Shown: positions 43,012 to 53,883 of the stretch, in pieces
Layout of the letters: the number at the start of each line of letters is the position of its first letter
Position numbering within the stretch: position 1 is the first letter of the stretch
Assembly: GCA_964291235.2 (NCBI GenBank)
Contig: OZ219816.1
Coordinates: 1,312,001 to 1,376,000 of the forward strand
DNA from: Vicinamibacteria bacterium
GTDB lineage: Bacteria > Acidobacteriota > Vicinamibacteria > Marinacidobacterales > Marinacidobacteraceae
DNA: 64,000 bases
Reading direction: 5' to 3'
Made by a program: the position numbers and the translations under genes
The notes under the pieces: generated by a model
The model's database searches: none
Seen by the model: the letters and a program-made list of their open reading frames with translations, nothing else
What the model was told of the DNA's origin: nothing

Positions 43012-43977
43012 GTGATGCAACAAACCCTTGCTCCCGTCTTGCCCAAGGCTTTGCCCGGACTCCTCCCCGAGGTTTTGCCCGAACTCCAACCCGAGCGGCA
43101 GGGATCCCCTTCCCGATTGCATCCCCAACTCTCGTCCCAGCCCCGCACGACAAAGTCTCCCGACTCCGAAAAACCTCCTCACGGAATTGCAACGCCTCCA
43201 GTCCCCCGCTCTGCCCCTGATACGAGACTCGCAAGGTGGGAGCTTGCCCGGCTTGCCGGCAGCCTGGTGGAGATATCCGGAACGGCTGATTCTGGAGTCT
43301 TGTCTTCAGCGCTCGCGCTCGTTGCCGAAGCCCAGCACCATCAAGCCAAACACGAAAAAACCAGACCTCACAAAAACCGCAGCCGGCATCCTGCTCCGAA
43401 TTCCGCTTTCCACCCGGCTCCTGCCCTGGTGGCCTGGATCGCAACGACCCGCAGCCTCTTCTTCCCTCCAGACGCGGTGGAATCCGGGATCGCTCTGGAT
43501 CGACTGGTCCTGCTCCGCCTGGAAACGCCGGTGGCGCAGATCCGCGCCGCCACCCGGATTGTCCACTCGGGAGCTTTCGGATTGGTGATCGTGGACCTCG
43601 CCGATTCGCTCCCGCCAGAAAAATCCCACGTGACTCCCGGGCAGCGTCAAGGCCCGAAAGTCCGGAGCCTGATTTCCCCGCCGGACACTTTCCCGGCAAT
43701 CCCTCCTCTGTCACGGCTTGCCGGACTCGCGCACAAATACCGAACCGCCATCGTCCTGTTGACCGACAAACCGCCCGCCGCTCCTTCGCTTGATCCCCGG
43801 GTGGGGAAACGCTTCGACGCGAGCCGCCGGGACAACGACGTCGTCGTCACCGTTCTCAAAGACAAGGGCAACAGGATTTCACCCTCCTCCGGATTCCCGC
43901 CGGCCCACGGCGGAGACCGCCTTCTTCCCGGATTCCGTTTCGAAAGGAAATGCCGTGAGCCGGCTGGCATGTGTTGA
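43012..43977 (+). CDS. imuA: ImuA/RecA-like protein
   Basis: GSLVEISG, VAWI..FFPPD..GIALDRL and SGAFGLVIVDL; sits between lexA and imuB. Start uncertain. Confidence 0.8.
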   Translation: MMQQTLAPVLPKALPGLLPEVLPELQPERQGSPSRLHPQLSSQPRTTKSPDSEKPPHGIATPPVPRSAPDTRLARWELARLAGSLVEISGTADSGVLSSALALVAEAQHHQAKHEKTRPHKNRSRHPAPNSAFHPAPALVAWIATTRSLFFPPDAVESGIALDRLVLLRLETPVAQIRAATRIVHSGAFGLVIVDLADSLPPEKSHVTPGQRQGPKVRSLISPPDTFPAIPPLSRLAGLAHKYRTAIVLLTDKPPAAPSLDPRVGKRFDASRRDNDVVVTVLKDKGNRISPSSGFPPAHGGDRLLPGFRFERKCREPAGMC

Positions 43978-45600
43978 CGTTCCGGCGCTACCACTCCAGA
44001 TCCTGCTGCGGCGACATCCCGAATGGCGATCGGAACCGGTGGCGGTGGTTACCGAAGACAAGGTGCAGGCGCGGGTTTGCTGGGCGAACCGGAAGGCGAT
44101 CACTCTCGGGGTGCGTCCGGGAATGCAACAGACTGCTGCCGTCGCCTGCTGCCCCGCGCTTCGGGCCAGCCATATCCGTGCTTCGGAAGTAGAGCGAGAA
44201 GCTCGCTCTCTGGCTGAGCGGCTCCAGCATTGGAGTCCTCAGATCGAATCGGCTTCATCCCCTTCGGCTTCACTCACTGCCCCTCAACTGTCCGAATTCG
44301 GCGCTGCCGGAGTCTTCTGGCTTCGGGCATCCGCCTGGCGGGATTGTTCGGGCCACTTTCGGATTGGGCTGACACACTCCGCAAGGATCTCGGGAAAGAG
44401 GGTTTTCACGCCTCGGTCGCGGTGGGCTTCTCCCGGTTCGGCACCTTTGCGGCGGCGCGGGCCATGTACGGGCTGCAAATCTTCGAAAGCCCCGCCGAAG
44501 AAAAAACCGCTGCCCTGAGGGCGCCGCTCGTCCGCTTCGGCCTACCGGAGAAAACCCTCGCCGGACTGGAAAAACTCGGCATCTCTTCCCTGCGGGATCT
44601 GCTGCGGTTGTCCGGGAAAGGACTCGCGAACCGCTTCGGGAAAGAAGTCCTCGCACTCCATCGTCTCGCATCCGGGGAGCACTCTCCGGCTTCCAGCATT
44701 TTTTCTCCACAAACGCCGGTGGAACTCCGGATCTCCTTCGAGCCACCCGAGACCGATATCGAACGGCTCATCTTCCACGCGAAGCGCCTCCTCGACCAGA
44801 TCCTTGCCGAACTCGGGAAACAGGGCCTTGCGATCACCGAACTCGCCTACGAAGTGGAGTGCGAAGACGCTCCACCGGTTTCCGGATCGGTCCGTCCCGC
44901 CCTTCCCACCGAAGACGGCGTGAAGCTTCTTTCCCTGCTCCGCCTGCGGCTCGGGGCCGCTTCGCCCGGGAACCGAACACCCGGAAAGCAGACACCCGTC
45001 GGGCCAGGAGTGCTCCAGGGTTCGGCAGATCAACCGGGAAGAAGAATTCTCGGCCTCGTTCTCCGGGCTCTCGGTGGCATCTACGTCTCCGAACAGCCCG
45101 GCCTGTATCAAGCCTCTGGAGGGACTCTTCCCACGAGTCCGAAAAAAGCGGCGGAAGCGCTTGCCCAGATCCGGGCCGAATTCGGTGAGGACTCTCTGGT
45201 CCGCCTGGAAACCCGGGACGCGCACCTTCCCCGGGGACGCTATCGATGCCGGCCGATCTCTCCCGAAGAGGCCGTCCTCCGGAATCCGGGCAAAAGCTCC
45301 CCGAAGGGTTTTTTCGAGACCCGGACGCCACGCCTGATTCGCCGCATCTACGACCAGCCGCTCATTCTTCCCCATCGGGGTTCGGGCGAACCCGATGGCT
45401 GGTTGCTCCGGGGGATCGAACACGGACCCGTTCAGGGGTTTACCGGTCCCTTTCGAATCTCCGGAGGCTGGTGGCGCCTGCTTTCGGGACGCCCCATCTC
45501 CCGCGACTACTTCTTTGTCCGCCTGAAACGCGGCGATGTCTGCTGGGTTTTCTATGACCGCGAGCGACGCTCGTGGTTTCTCGAGGGCCGCGTCGAATAA
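43955..45600 (+). pseudogene. imuB: ImuB (inactive Y-family polymerase homolog) with a 1-nt frameshift near 44333
   Basis: SRLACVDVPALPLQ..GVFWLRAS is in one frame and LAGLFG..GPFRISGGWW..RDYF in the next. One extra G (TCC GGC CTG) joins them. Confidence 0.8.
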
Positions 45601-45636
45601 CGGATCTCCAGCAGCCTGTAGCCATCAATCCGGAAT

Positions 45637-48600
45637 TTGTACTTTCCGCTTTTCTGCAAGAGCAACGCTTCCTTCCTGGAAGGAGCAAGTCACCCCGAGG
45701 AATTGGTCGAAGAGGCCCACGCCCTCGGCCTCCCCGGCTTTGCACTCACGGACCGGAACGGCCTCTACGGAGCCGTCAAGGCCCATGTGGCGGCCCGGGA
45801 GCGCGGGGTCCGGTTGGTACTCGGCGCCGAAACGTCGGTGGCCGCTACCGGAGACGAGCAGGGCCGGCAAAGCGAACCGGGAAGCATCCTCCTGCTTGCC
45901 CGGAACCGGGATGGCTATCGGAACCTGTGCCGGCTTCTGACCCGGGGGCTGTTGCGAGGTCCCGGCGTCACCCCTGAAAAAGATTCGCTAGAAGCACCGC
46001 CGCGTTCCAAAACGGGCGGTCGGCCATCCCGCAAGGGAACCGCCGGAGTTTCCTGGACCGAGATCGCTTCGCATGCCGAGGGGCTCCACGCGCTCTGGGG
46101 AGGCGGCCTTGGTGCCCTCAAACAGGAAGCTCCTCCCGACCAGCCGGCGAATCTGCTCCGGGAAGCTTTCGGGGAAAACCTTCATGTCCTCGTTACCCGG
46201 CACCGCGCGGACAGTGACGTTCCGGAAGAGGCCCTACTTCGCAAGCGGGCAGAGCGGTACCGGATCCCGATCGCCGCCGCCACCGAGGTCCTCTACCACC
46301 GCCCGGGCCGCCGGGAATTACAGGATGTGCTCACCGCCATCCGTCACGGCGTGCCGCTTCGGGAAGCCGGGCGGCGTCTGCTCCCGAACGCCGAGCACTA
46401 CCTGCTGTCCCCTGCCCTGTTCGCGGACCTCTTTGCCGACGACCCGGTTGCGGTTGACCGAACCCTGGAAATCGCCGAGCGGTGCCAGTTTTCACTCGAC
46501 GAACTCCGCTACCGCTATCCCGCCGAAGACCTCGAGGGAATGCAGTCTTCCACCCGGCTTCGGGAACTGGCGTTCGAAGGCGCCGCCGAGCGGTATCCCG
46601 GCGGCATCCCGCAGGCCGTCAGACAGCAACTGGACAAGGAACTGGCCCTGATCCATGAACTCGACTACGGCGGATATTTCCTCACCATGGTCGAGATCGT
46701 CCGTTTCTGCCGCGAGCGGGAAATTCTCTGTCAGGGACGAGGTTCCGCCGCAAACTCCGCGGTTTGCTACTGCCTCGGGATCACCGCGGTGGATCCGGTA
46801 CGGATGGGACTGCTGTTCGAACGGTTCCTTTCCCGGGAACGCGCCGAACCCCCTGACATCGACCTCGACATCATGCATTCGCGCCGGGAAGAGGTCATCC
46901 AGTTCCTGTACCGCAGATACGGCGAGGGACGCGCTGCCATGGTGGCCAATACCGTCTGCTACCGGACCCGGTCCGCGATCCGGGACGTGGGCAAGGCGCT
47001 CGGGTTTTCCGAGCGCTCCGTGGATCGGCTGGCCCGCGCCTTTTCCCACTACGAACCACTTTCAAGGGACCGGCTGGCCGCCGCCGGCTGGAGTTCGGAG
47101 GGGCCGGCAGCCCGGCACTTCCTCCGGCTCGCGAACGAAATTCAGGGGTTTCCCCGGCACCTCTCGATCCATCCCGGCGGGTTCCTCCTCGGCGAAGAAC
47201 CGGTTTCCCACATCGTGCCGGTCGAAAACGCCGCGATGGAGGGGAGAACGGTGATTCAGTGGAACAAGGACGACATCGAAGAGCTCGGTCTGTTCAAGGT
47301 GGACCTGCTGGGACTCGGAGCCCTCACCCAGCTGGATCTCGCTTTCCGACTGCTCAAGGACTCCCGAGGTCTCGATCTGTCCATGGACGCCATCCCGGCT
47401 GACGATCCGGAGACCTTCGCCATGATCCGGAAGGCCGCAACCGTGGGGGTTTTCCAGATCGAAAGCCGGGCTCAGATGGCCATGTTGCCACGGCTTCAGC
47501 CCCGGAACTACTACGACCTGGTGATCGAAGTGAGTATCGTCCGCCCCGGGCCCATCGCCGGCGGCATGGTGCATCCCTACCTTCGCCGCCGGCGGGGTGA
47601 AGAAACCGTGGAATATCCGCACCCTTCCCTCCGGCCCGTTCTGGCAAAGACCCTTGGAGTGCCGCTGTTTCAGGAGCAGGTAATGCGGCTCGCGGTGGTC
47701 GCCGCCGACTACACCGCCGGCGAAGCCGATCAGCTCCGCCGCGACATGGCCGCCTGGCGGCGCACGGGCCGAATGGAGCGGCATCGGAGTCGCCTGCTTT
47801 CCCGCATGTGCGCCAAGGGGATCGCTCCCGAGTTCGCAAAACGGGTGTTCGAGCAGATCCAGGGATTCGGGGAATACGGCTTTCCCGAAAGCCACGCCGC
47901 CAGCTTCGCCCTCATCAGCTATGCCGGCGCTTTTCTGCTCCGTCACTATCCCGCGGAGTTCGCGTGTGCGCTGCTGAATGCGCAGCCGATGGGTTTTTAC
48001 TCTCCGGCGACGATCATCGAGGACGCCAAGCGGCGGGGAGTGCGCTTTCTCCCGGTGGACGTGACCACGAGCCTCTGGGATTGCTCTTTGGTTGCCGGTT
48101 CCGTCCCTTCGAACAAGCTCGCCAGACCCGATGTCCGCCTGGGACTGCGCTACGTGAAGGGACTCGGGTCCGTCGATGGAGAGAAGATCGTGGCGGCTCG
48201 CCGGGAATCACCCTTTGCTTGTGTCGCCACGCTGGCGCGTCGTGCCGCACTTGGGAAAAAGACGATGGTGGCGCTCGCCGAGGCGGATGCACTCCGGAAC
48301 CTGGGGCCGAAAAGCCGCCGCGACGCCGTCTGGCAGACACTCGCCCTGGCGCCGAAAAGCCTGACACCGGAAGATCCGCCCCTCCTGCAGGAAACCGTTC
48401 CCCGCTTCGCACCGCTGGACCGCTTCGAGTCGATTGCGTGGGACCATCGGACCACGGGCAGCAGCACCCGGGGCCATCCCCTGTTGCCGCTTCGCAGCCA
48501 ACTGGCCGCCGCGGGACTCCCTACCGCCCGCGAGGTAACGGAGTTTCGAAACGGAAGCCGTGCGCGTTACGCGGGGATCGTGATCTGCCGGCAGCGGCCG

Positions 48601-48843
48601 GGGACCGCTTCCGGAGTGGTGTTCATGACCCTCGAGGACGAAACCGGGTTCGTGAACCTCATCCTCTGGCCGGACATCTTTGAAACGCACCGGCACCTGG
48701 CCCAGACCCTGTCGTTCCTCGGGGCCGCCGGCCGGGTTCAGGCTGAACAGGGCTCCACGCACATCGTGGTGGAGCGACTCTTCCGGCCGAAGATTTCAAA
48801 GACTCCGGTGCCGCCGGAAGTTCCGAGCCGGGACTTCCATTGA
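45637..48843 (+). CDS. dnaE2: Error-prone DNA polymerase DnaE2/ImuC
   Basis: SNASFLEGASHPEEL, GRGSAANS, PPDIDLD, YGFPESHA and C-terminal SRDFH. Confidence 0.96.
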   Translation: MYFPLFCKSNASFLEGASHPEELVEEAHALGLPGFALTDRNGLYGAVKAHVAARERGVRLVLGAETSVAATGDEQGRQSEPGSILLLARNRDGYRNLCRLLTRGLLRGPGVTPEKDSLEAPPRSKTGGRPSRKGTAGVSWTEIASHAEGLHALWGGGLGALKQEAPPDQPANLLREAFGENLHVLVTRHRADSDVPEEALLRKRAERYRIPIAAATEVLYHRPGRRELQDVLTAIRHGVPLREAGRRLLPNAEHYLLSPALFADLFADDPVAVDRTLEIAERCQFSLDELRYRYPAEDLEGMQSSTRLRELAFEGAAERYPGGIPQAVRQQLDKELALIHELDYGGYFLTMVEIVRFCREREILCQGRGSAANSAVCYCLGITAVDPVRMGLLFERFLSRERAEPPDIDLDIMHSRREEVIQFLYRRYGEGRAAMVANTVCYRTRSAIRDVGKALGFSERSVDRLARAFSHYEPLSRDRLAAAGWSSEGPAARHFLRLANEIQGFPRHLSIHPGGFLLGEEPVSHIVPVENAAMEGRTVIQWNKDDIEELGLFKVDLLGLGALTQLDLAFRLLKDSRGLDLSMDAIPADDPETFAMIRKAATVGVFQIESRAQMAMLPRLQPRNYYDLVIEVSIVRPGPIAGGMVHPYLRRRRGEETVEYPHPSLRPVLAKTLGVPLFQEQVMRLAVVAADYTAGEADQLRRDMAAWRRTGRMERHRSRLLSRMCAKGIAPEFAKRVFEQIQGFGEYGFPESHAASFALISYAGAFLLRHYPAEFACALLNAQPMGFYSPATIIEDAKRRGVRFLPVDVTTSLWDCSLVAGSVPSNKLARPDVRLGLRYVKGLGSVDGEKIVAARRESPFACVATLARRAALGKKTMVALAEADALRNLGPKSRRDAVWQTLALAPKSLTPEDPPLLQETVPRFAPLDRFESIAWDHRTTGSSTRGHPLLPLRSQLAAAGLPTAREVTEFRNGSRARYAGIVICRQRPGTASGVVFMTLEDETGFVNLILWPDIFETHRHLAQTLSFLGAAGRVQAEQGSTHIVVERLFRPKISKTPVPPEVPSRDFH

Positions 48844-48913
48844 TCGGACGCCCCGGCAGCCTGTGGCCGAACGTACGCGGCCCTCGGCGCTCCCGCGAGT
48901 CCACCACCGGCTG

Positions 48914-50680
48914 CTACTCGTCTCCATCCCCCCCCTCGCGGACGGCCCGCAGCACTCGGGCCCGGACTCGGCGGGAAGTCGTCAGCCGGACACTCTGCTG
49001 GGCGATTTCTTCGGCTCTTCGGGTGTCCTGAACCGCGATCAGCCGTTTCATCTCCGGGATCGCGTTGGGGCTCATCGAAAAGGTCCGCACCCCGAACCCC
49101 AGCAGCAGGGGAAGCATGAGCGGCTCGGCCGCGACCTCCCCGCAAATCGCGAGCGGCAACCCGCTCCGCCGGGAGACCCGGGTCACGAAGCGGATGGTGC
49201 GCAGCAGCGCCGGATGGAGCGGATCGCTGTAGTGCGCGACCCGTTCATTTGCCCGGTCCGCGCCGAACAGGTACTGCATCAGGTCATTCGTCCCGATGCT
49301 GAGGAAATCGACCTCCGGCCCCAGCAAGTCCACGGTCGCCGCCGCCGAGGGGACTTCCAGCATGGCGCCGACCGGCACCTCGCGAAAAGGAACATCCCGG
49401 TGGCGAAGCGCCCGAACCGCCGCCCGGACATGGGTCCGGGCAGCCCGAAACTCCTCGAGTCCGCCCACCATGGGGAACATCAACTGGACTTTGCCGTGGA
49501 CGGCGGCCCGCAGCACCGCCCGGATCTGGGTTTCGAAGATCCCGGATGCCATCACCAGCAAACGCGTGCCGCGCAGGCCCAGGGCCGGATTCAATTCGGG
49601 CGCCCGGCCGATGTCCGTTGCGGTGAGATCAAACGCCCGAATCACCAGCGGGTGCGGATCGAGAGTCTGAGCCAGATCCCGGTAGATGCGGAATTGCTCC
49701 TCCTCGGAAGGGATCTCCTGGACCGCAATCCGCTCGGTACGGAAAAGCCCTACCCCTTCGGCGCCGTGCCGGCGAACAAGGTCGATCTCTCCGGGCTCGT
49801 CCATGTTGGCCATCAACACCACCCGCTCGCCGTTGGCGGTGCGGGCTTGCGACGCCGTCGCCGCCAGCAGGCGACGACGACGTTCCCGTTCTCGTTCCCG
49901 CTTCTTCCGATACTCGGCAACGGTTTCCCGAGCGGGATTCACCACCACGATCCCTTCGGAACCATCCACCACCACGGGCAGGTCGGTGTGGATGTGATCG
50001 AGCAGGCCGGGGATCCCGGTGACGCAGGGGACATCGTGCGTCCGCGCCAGAATCGCCGTGTGGTACGTGGGTCCGCCCGCCTCCATGATGACCCCCAAGA
50101 TCTTGCCCCAGTCGAGTTCCGCGGTGTCCGACGGGCGAAGATCATCGGCCGCCACTACGTGCCGGCGTTCCCAGCGCTCGAGGCTCGGCCGGGCGGCACC
50201 GCCCAGATTCTGAAGCAGCCGCCCGCCGACATCCGCGATGTCTCCCTTACGCTGACGCAGGTACTCGTCGGCGAGCCCGTCAAAGACCGCCTCGAGTTCG
50301 CGGAGAACCGTGCGGACCGCCCATTCTGCGTTCACCCGCTCCGCCCGGATGACCTCCTGCACCCGCTCGACGAGCAGAGGGTCAGCGAGCATCAGCCGCT
50401 GCGCTTCGAACAGATAGGCCCGGTCCTGTCCCAGGGCCCGTCGGGTGGATTCCCGAATCTCCCGTAGCTGTTCCTCAGCCCGGGCGCGGGCGTTTTGGAA
50501 ACGCCGGATCTCGCGCCCGATCTCCCGCTGGCTGATTTCCACCCGGAACACCGGAACGGCGCGCCGCTCGAAGATGATCGTCGGCGCCACGCAGATCCCC
50601 GGCGCGGCGGGCTCCCCGCGCAGGACGGTCTCACCCGGGCCGGCCCGAACGGAGTCGCTCCGGGGGAAGGGCACCATCAT
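48914..50680 (-). CDS. ptsI: PEP-protein phosphotransferase (enzyme I)
   Basis: GGPTYHTAILAR, GVGLFRTE, ELNPALGLRG, SIGTNDL and ICGE. Confidence 0.94.
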   Translation of the reverse strand: MMVPFPRSDSVRAGPGETVLRGEPAAPGICVAPTIIFERRAVPVFRVEISQREIGREIRRFQNARARAEEQLREIRESTRRALGQDRAYLFEAQRLMLADPLLVERVQEVIRAERVNAEWAVRTVLRELEAVFDGLADEYLRQRKGDIADVGGRLLQNLGGAARPSLERWERRHVVAADDLRPSDTAELDWGKILGVIMEAGGPTYHTAILARTHDVPCVTGIPGLLDHIHTDLPVVVDGSEGIVVVNPARETVAEYRKKRERERERRRRLLAATASQARTANGERVVLMANMDEPGEIDLVRRHGAEGVGLFRTERIAVQEIPSEEEQFRIYRDLAQTLDPHPLVIRAFDLTATDIGRAPELNPALGLRGTRLLVMASGIFETQIRAVLRAAVHGKVQLMFPMVGGLEEFRAARTHVRAAVRALRHRDVPFREVPVGAMLEVPSAAATVDLLGPEVDFLSIGTNDLMQYLFGADRANERVAHYSDPLHPALLRTIRFVTRVSRRSGLPLAICGEVAAEPLMLPLLLGFGVRTFSMSPNAIPEMKRLIAVQDTRRAEEIAQQSVRLTTSRRVRARVLRAVREGGDGDE

Positions 50681-50985
50681 CGCGCTGCACCCGGAGCGGC
50701 CCCGTCGACCCCCGGCTCCGGAGGATCTCCGATCCCCTCATGGACCAGCCGCGTCAGCGCTTCCAGCGCGGCCGCCGCCTCCGGACCGGAAGTGTGGATC
50801 CGCAGGCGGCTCCCCCTGGCGGCGGCGAGGAACAACAGGCCCAGAATGCTCTTGCCGTCGATGGTGGTCTCGCCGCGGGTCACGGTCACGACCGCGTCAT
50901 AGCGCGCCGCCGTCTTGACGAAACGGGCTGCCGCCCGTGCGTGCATCCCCAGCTGGTTCGTGACCAGGACGACCCGCTCCGGCAC
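50677..50985 (-). CDS. ptsH: Phosphocarrier HPr
   Basis: NQLGMHARAA and DGKSILGL. Confidence 0.93.
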   Translation of the reverse strand: MPERVVLVTNQLGMHARAAARFVKTAARYDAVVTVTRGETTIDGKSILGLLFLAAARGSRLRIHTSGPEAAAALEALTRLVHEGIGDPPEPGVDGAAPGAAR

Positions 50986-51009
50986 CGTTTCCGACCAGAC
51001 CCCGCCGGG

Positions 51010-51501
51010 TCAGTCCTGCTCCGGGCTGGCGTCATCCTCCGGCACGGCCGCGGCCCCTTCCTCCGGCTGTTGGTCGATCGCGGCGGCGCCCACACCCCCG
51101 CCGAGCAGTTCGGAGGCGAGATAGATGTTCTCCTTCCCCTGGTACAGCGCCGCCCGCGCTGCCTCGGCCGGACCAACCTGGTCCTCCTCCCGAATCGAAA
51201 TGAGCCGGATGAGCATGGGGAGATTCACCCCCGTTACGACTTCGATCCGGCCCTCCTTGAGCAGGCTGAGAGCCAGATTGGAGGGGGTTCCGCCAAACAT
51301 GTCCGTCAGGATCACCGAACCCTCATCTCCGGCAACTCGCTCCACGGCCGTCACGATGGCCCGTTGGGCGTCGTCCGGGGCGTCGTGCCAGCCGATCGAA
51401 ACGCTGGTGGCGTTCGGGATGTCCTCTCCGGTGATCATCTCCGCGGCAGCTACCAGCTCCCGCGCCAACTGCCCGTGGGTGACGACGACAATACCGATCA
51501 T
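51010..51501 (-). CDS. PTS EIIA, mannose family
   Basis: MIGIVVVTHG, LTDMFGGTPSN and GVNLPML. Confidence 0.92.
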   Translation of the reverse strand: MIGIVVVTHGQLARELVAAAEMITGEDIPNATSVSIGWHDAPDDAQRAIVTAVERVAGDEGSVILTDMFGGTPSNLALSLLKEGRIEVVTGVNLPMLIRLISIREEDQVGPAEAARAALYQGKENIYLASELLGGGVGAAAIDQQPEEGAAAVPEDDASPEQD

Positions 51502-51534
51502 CGGCAGGCAGTATTCGGGAGCGGCCCCCGCGGG

Positions 51535-53037
51535 TCAACTCCCGGCGGATCCCCAACCGGAAGCACGCGCCGGCGGGCGGTTGCGATAGCGGGCGCGTCG
51601 TTCGTTGGAAGACGGGATGCGCAGCGATTTGCGGTACTTGGCCACCGTCCGGCGGGCGATCATGATCCCCTCCCGGTCCAGGAGTTGAACAATCTGTTCG
51701 TCGGCCAGCGGATGTTGCGGATCCTCGCGCTCGACCATCCGCTGGACCCGCGCGCGTACCGCCTCCGAGGACACCTGACGCCCGTCGCGCAGCGACAGGG
51801 CGCTGTGGAAGAACCGCCGGAACGGAATGACGCCGCGCGGAGTCTCCAGGTACTTGTTGCTCACGACGCGGGAGACGGTGGACTCGGCGCGCCCGATGTC
51901 CTGTGCGACGTCATTCAGCACCAGCGGCCGGATATGAGCAATCCCCTGATTCAGGAAATCGGTCTGCTTGCGCACGATGTCCTCGGCGACGAGTCGCACC
52001 GTCTCCTGGCGCTGCTGGACAGACCGCTGAAAGCCTTTCGCGCGAGCCCAGGCCTCCCGCGCGAAGGCCTGGTCCGCCGGGGTGTGCCGGTCGGGAGTCT
52101 TCAGCACGGCGCGGTAGGCGGAACTGGTCCGGAGTCTCGGAATCCCGTCGCTCATCTCGACTCGCCACTCTCCGTTGAACACATAGGCCCGGGCGTCCGG
52201 CACCACGACTTGCTCGGGACCCCGAGAGAACTGGCGGCCCGGACGAAAGTCCAGCTCCCCGATCCGGCGAAGCCAGCGCATCACCAGGCCAATCTCGGCG
52301 CCCATCGCTCGGGCAAGATCCCGGAAGCGCTCCCCGATGACCAGATCGAGATGCTCGCGCACGATCGTGCCCAGCGGGCCCTCAGCCTTCCCGGCACTCT
52401 CGAGTTGAACCAGCAGGCACTCGGCGAGATTCAGGCAGCCGACGCCCGTCGGGTCGAAACGAAGGATTCGCTTGCGCACCGACTCGACTTCCTCTGCCGT
52501 CACGCCAACCGTGCCGGCAATCTCCTCGACGGAACCATCGAGGTAGCCGCGGTCGTCGAGGTTTCCGATGATCTGGAGTCCAATGGTGCGTTCAAGTTCG
52601 GTTTCAACCGATGGACCGAGCTGCTCGATCAGGTGCTGCGCCAGGGTGCGTCCGGCCGCCAGGGTCCTCTCCAGGGCCGGGGGCTCTTCGCCGAGAGCCA
52701 ACCCGCCGGTGTTGTCGTGATTCTCGCGGTAGAAATCCTCCGCCTCGATCTCCGTCATCGGGTCGGGATCGTCCTCCGGCGAGCTCTCGTCGGTTTCGGC
52801 CCCGTCCGCCGCCTCGGCCTCCTCGCTGGTTTCCGCGTCGTCTTCCTCTTCGTCCGTCACCTCTTCGAGTGCCGGATTCTGGAGCAGCTCCTGCTGCACC
52901 CGGACTCTCAGTTCGGTAAGCGGCAATACCAGCATCTCGATGGTCTGCCGCACCTGGGGCGTGAGCGTCAGTCGGGCCTGCTGACGCACTCCGACCCGGA
53001 GTTCCGTTCTGGGGCCGGACCGACCGCTCACTGCCAC
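51535..53037 (-). CDS. rpoN: RNA polymerase sigma-54
   Basis: QNPALE, ESTVSR and RpoN box ARRTVAKYR. Confidence 0.96.
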   Translation of the reverse strand: MAVSGRSGPRTELRVGVRQQARLTLTPQVRQTIEMLVLPLTELRVRVQQELLQNPALEEVTDEEEDDAETSEEAEAADGAETDESSPEDDPDPMTEIEAEDFYRENHDNTGGLALGEEPPALERTLAAGRTLAQHLIEQLGPSVETELERTIGLQIIGNLDDRGYLDGSVEEIAGTVGVTAEEVESVRKRILRFDPTGVGCLNLAECLLVQLESAGKAEGPLGTIVREHLDLVIGERFRDLARAMGAEIGLVMRWLRRIGELDFRPGRQFSRGPEQVVVPDARAYVFNGEWRVEMSDGIPRLRTSSAYRAVLKTPDRHTPADQAFAREAWARAKGFQRSVQQRQETVRLVAEDIVRKQTDFLNQGIAHIRPLVLNDVAQDIGRAESTVSRVVSNKYLETPRGVIPFRRFFHSALSLRDGRQVSSEAVRARVQRMVEREDPQHPLADEQIVQLLDREGIMIARRTVAKYRKSLRIPSSNERRARYRNRPPARASGWGSAGS

Positions 53038-53882
53038 TCCCAGTCCTCGCCGAGATAGGCCCGGCGCACCGCGGGACTACGGACCAACGCGGCGGGCGTC
53101 CCCTCGAAAAGGATGCGGCCCTCCTCGATAATGTAGGCCCGGTCCGTCACCCGGAGCGTTTCACGGACGCTGTGATCGGTGACGAGCACCCCCAGTCCCC
53201 GGTCGCGCAGCCGGCCGACAATTCGCTGCAGCTCGGATACCGCGATCGGGTCGATGGCGGCGAACGGCTCATCCAGGAGCAGGAACTGAGGAGCCGGGGC
53301 GAGCGCCCGGGCGATTTCCGCCCGCCGGCGTTCGCCACCGGAAAGGGAGTGGCCGAGGTTCCTCCGGCGATCGCTGAGGCCGAACTCCTCCAGAAGTGAG
53401 TCAGCGCGCTTGCGCCGCTCCTTCCGCCCCAGCCGGGGCACTTGTTCCAGGATGGCCAGCACGTTCTCCTCGACCGTAAGCCCCCGGAAGATGGACGGTT
53501 CCTGCGGCAGGTACCCAATCCCGGAACGCGCCCGGCGGTGCATCGCCAGCCCGGTGAGATCCTGATCATCCAGGGACACCTGGCCGTGGTCCGGCTGGAT
53601 CAACCCGACGATCATGCGAAACGTAGTCGTCTTCCCGGCTCCGTTGGGGCCGAGGAGGCCGACGACCTCCCCGCTCCCCACCTGAACCGAAACCTCGTCC
53701 ACCACCCGGCGGTGTCCGTAGCTCTTGATGAGGTCCTGACAGGCGAGCAGGTGGCGGGGCGGCGAGTCCGCCTCTGCTTTCCCGACTGGCGCGCCGGCAT
53801 CTGCCGGGGTCGGGGAAGGCCCCTCAGCCGCTTCGGCGGCAGAGGCGCTGGCGGCCGGCGCGCCGCTCGCGGAGAGACTCAC
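53028..53882 (-). CDS. lptB: LPS export ABC ATPase
   Basis: [37 protein letters not shown] and TDHSVRE. Start GTG 53882 is inferred. Confidence 0.92.
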   Translation of the reverse strand: MSLSASGAPAASASAAEAAEGPSPTPADAGAPVGKAEADSPPRHLLACQDLIKSYGHRRVVDEVSVQVGSGEVVGLLGPNGAGKTTTFRMIVGLIQPDHGQVSLDDQDLTGLAMHRRARSGIGYLPQEPSIFRGLTVEENVLAILEQVPRLGRKERRKRADSLLEEFGLSDRRRNLGHSLSGGERRRAEIARALAPAPQFLLLDEPFAAIDPIAVSELQRIVGRLRDRGLGVLVTDHSVRETLRVTDRAYIIEEGRILFEGTPAALVRSPAVRRAYLGEDWEWQ

Positions 53883-53883
53883 G

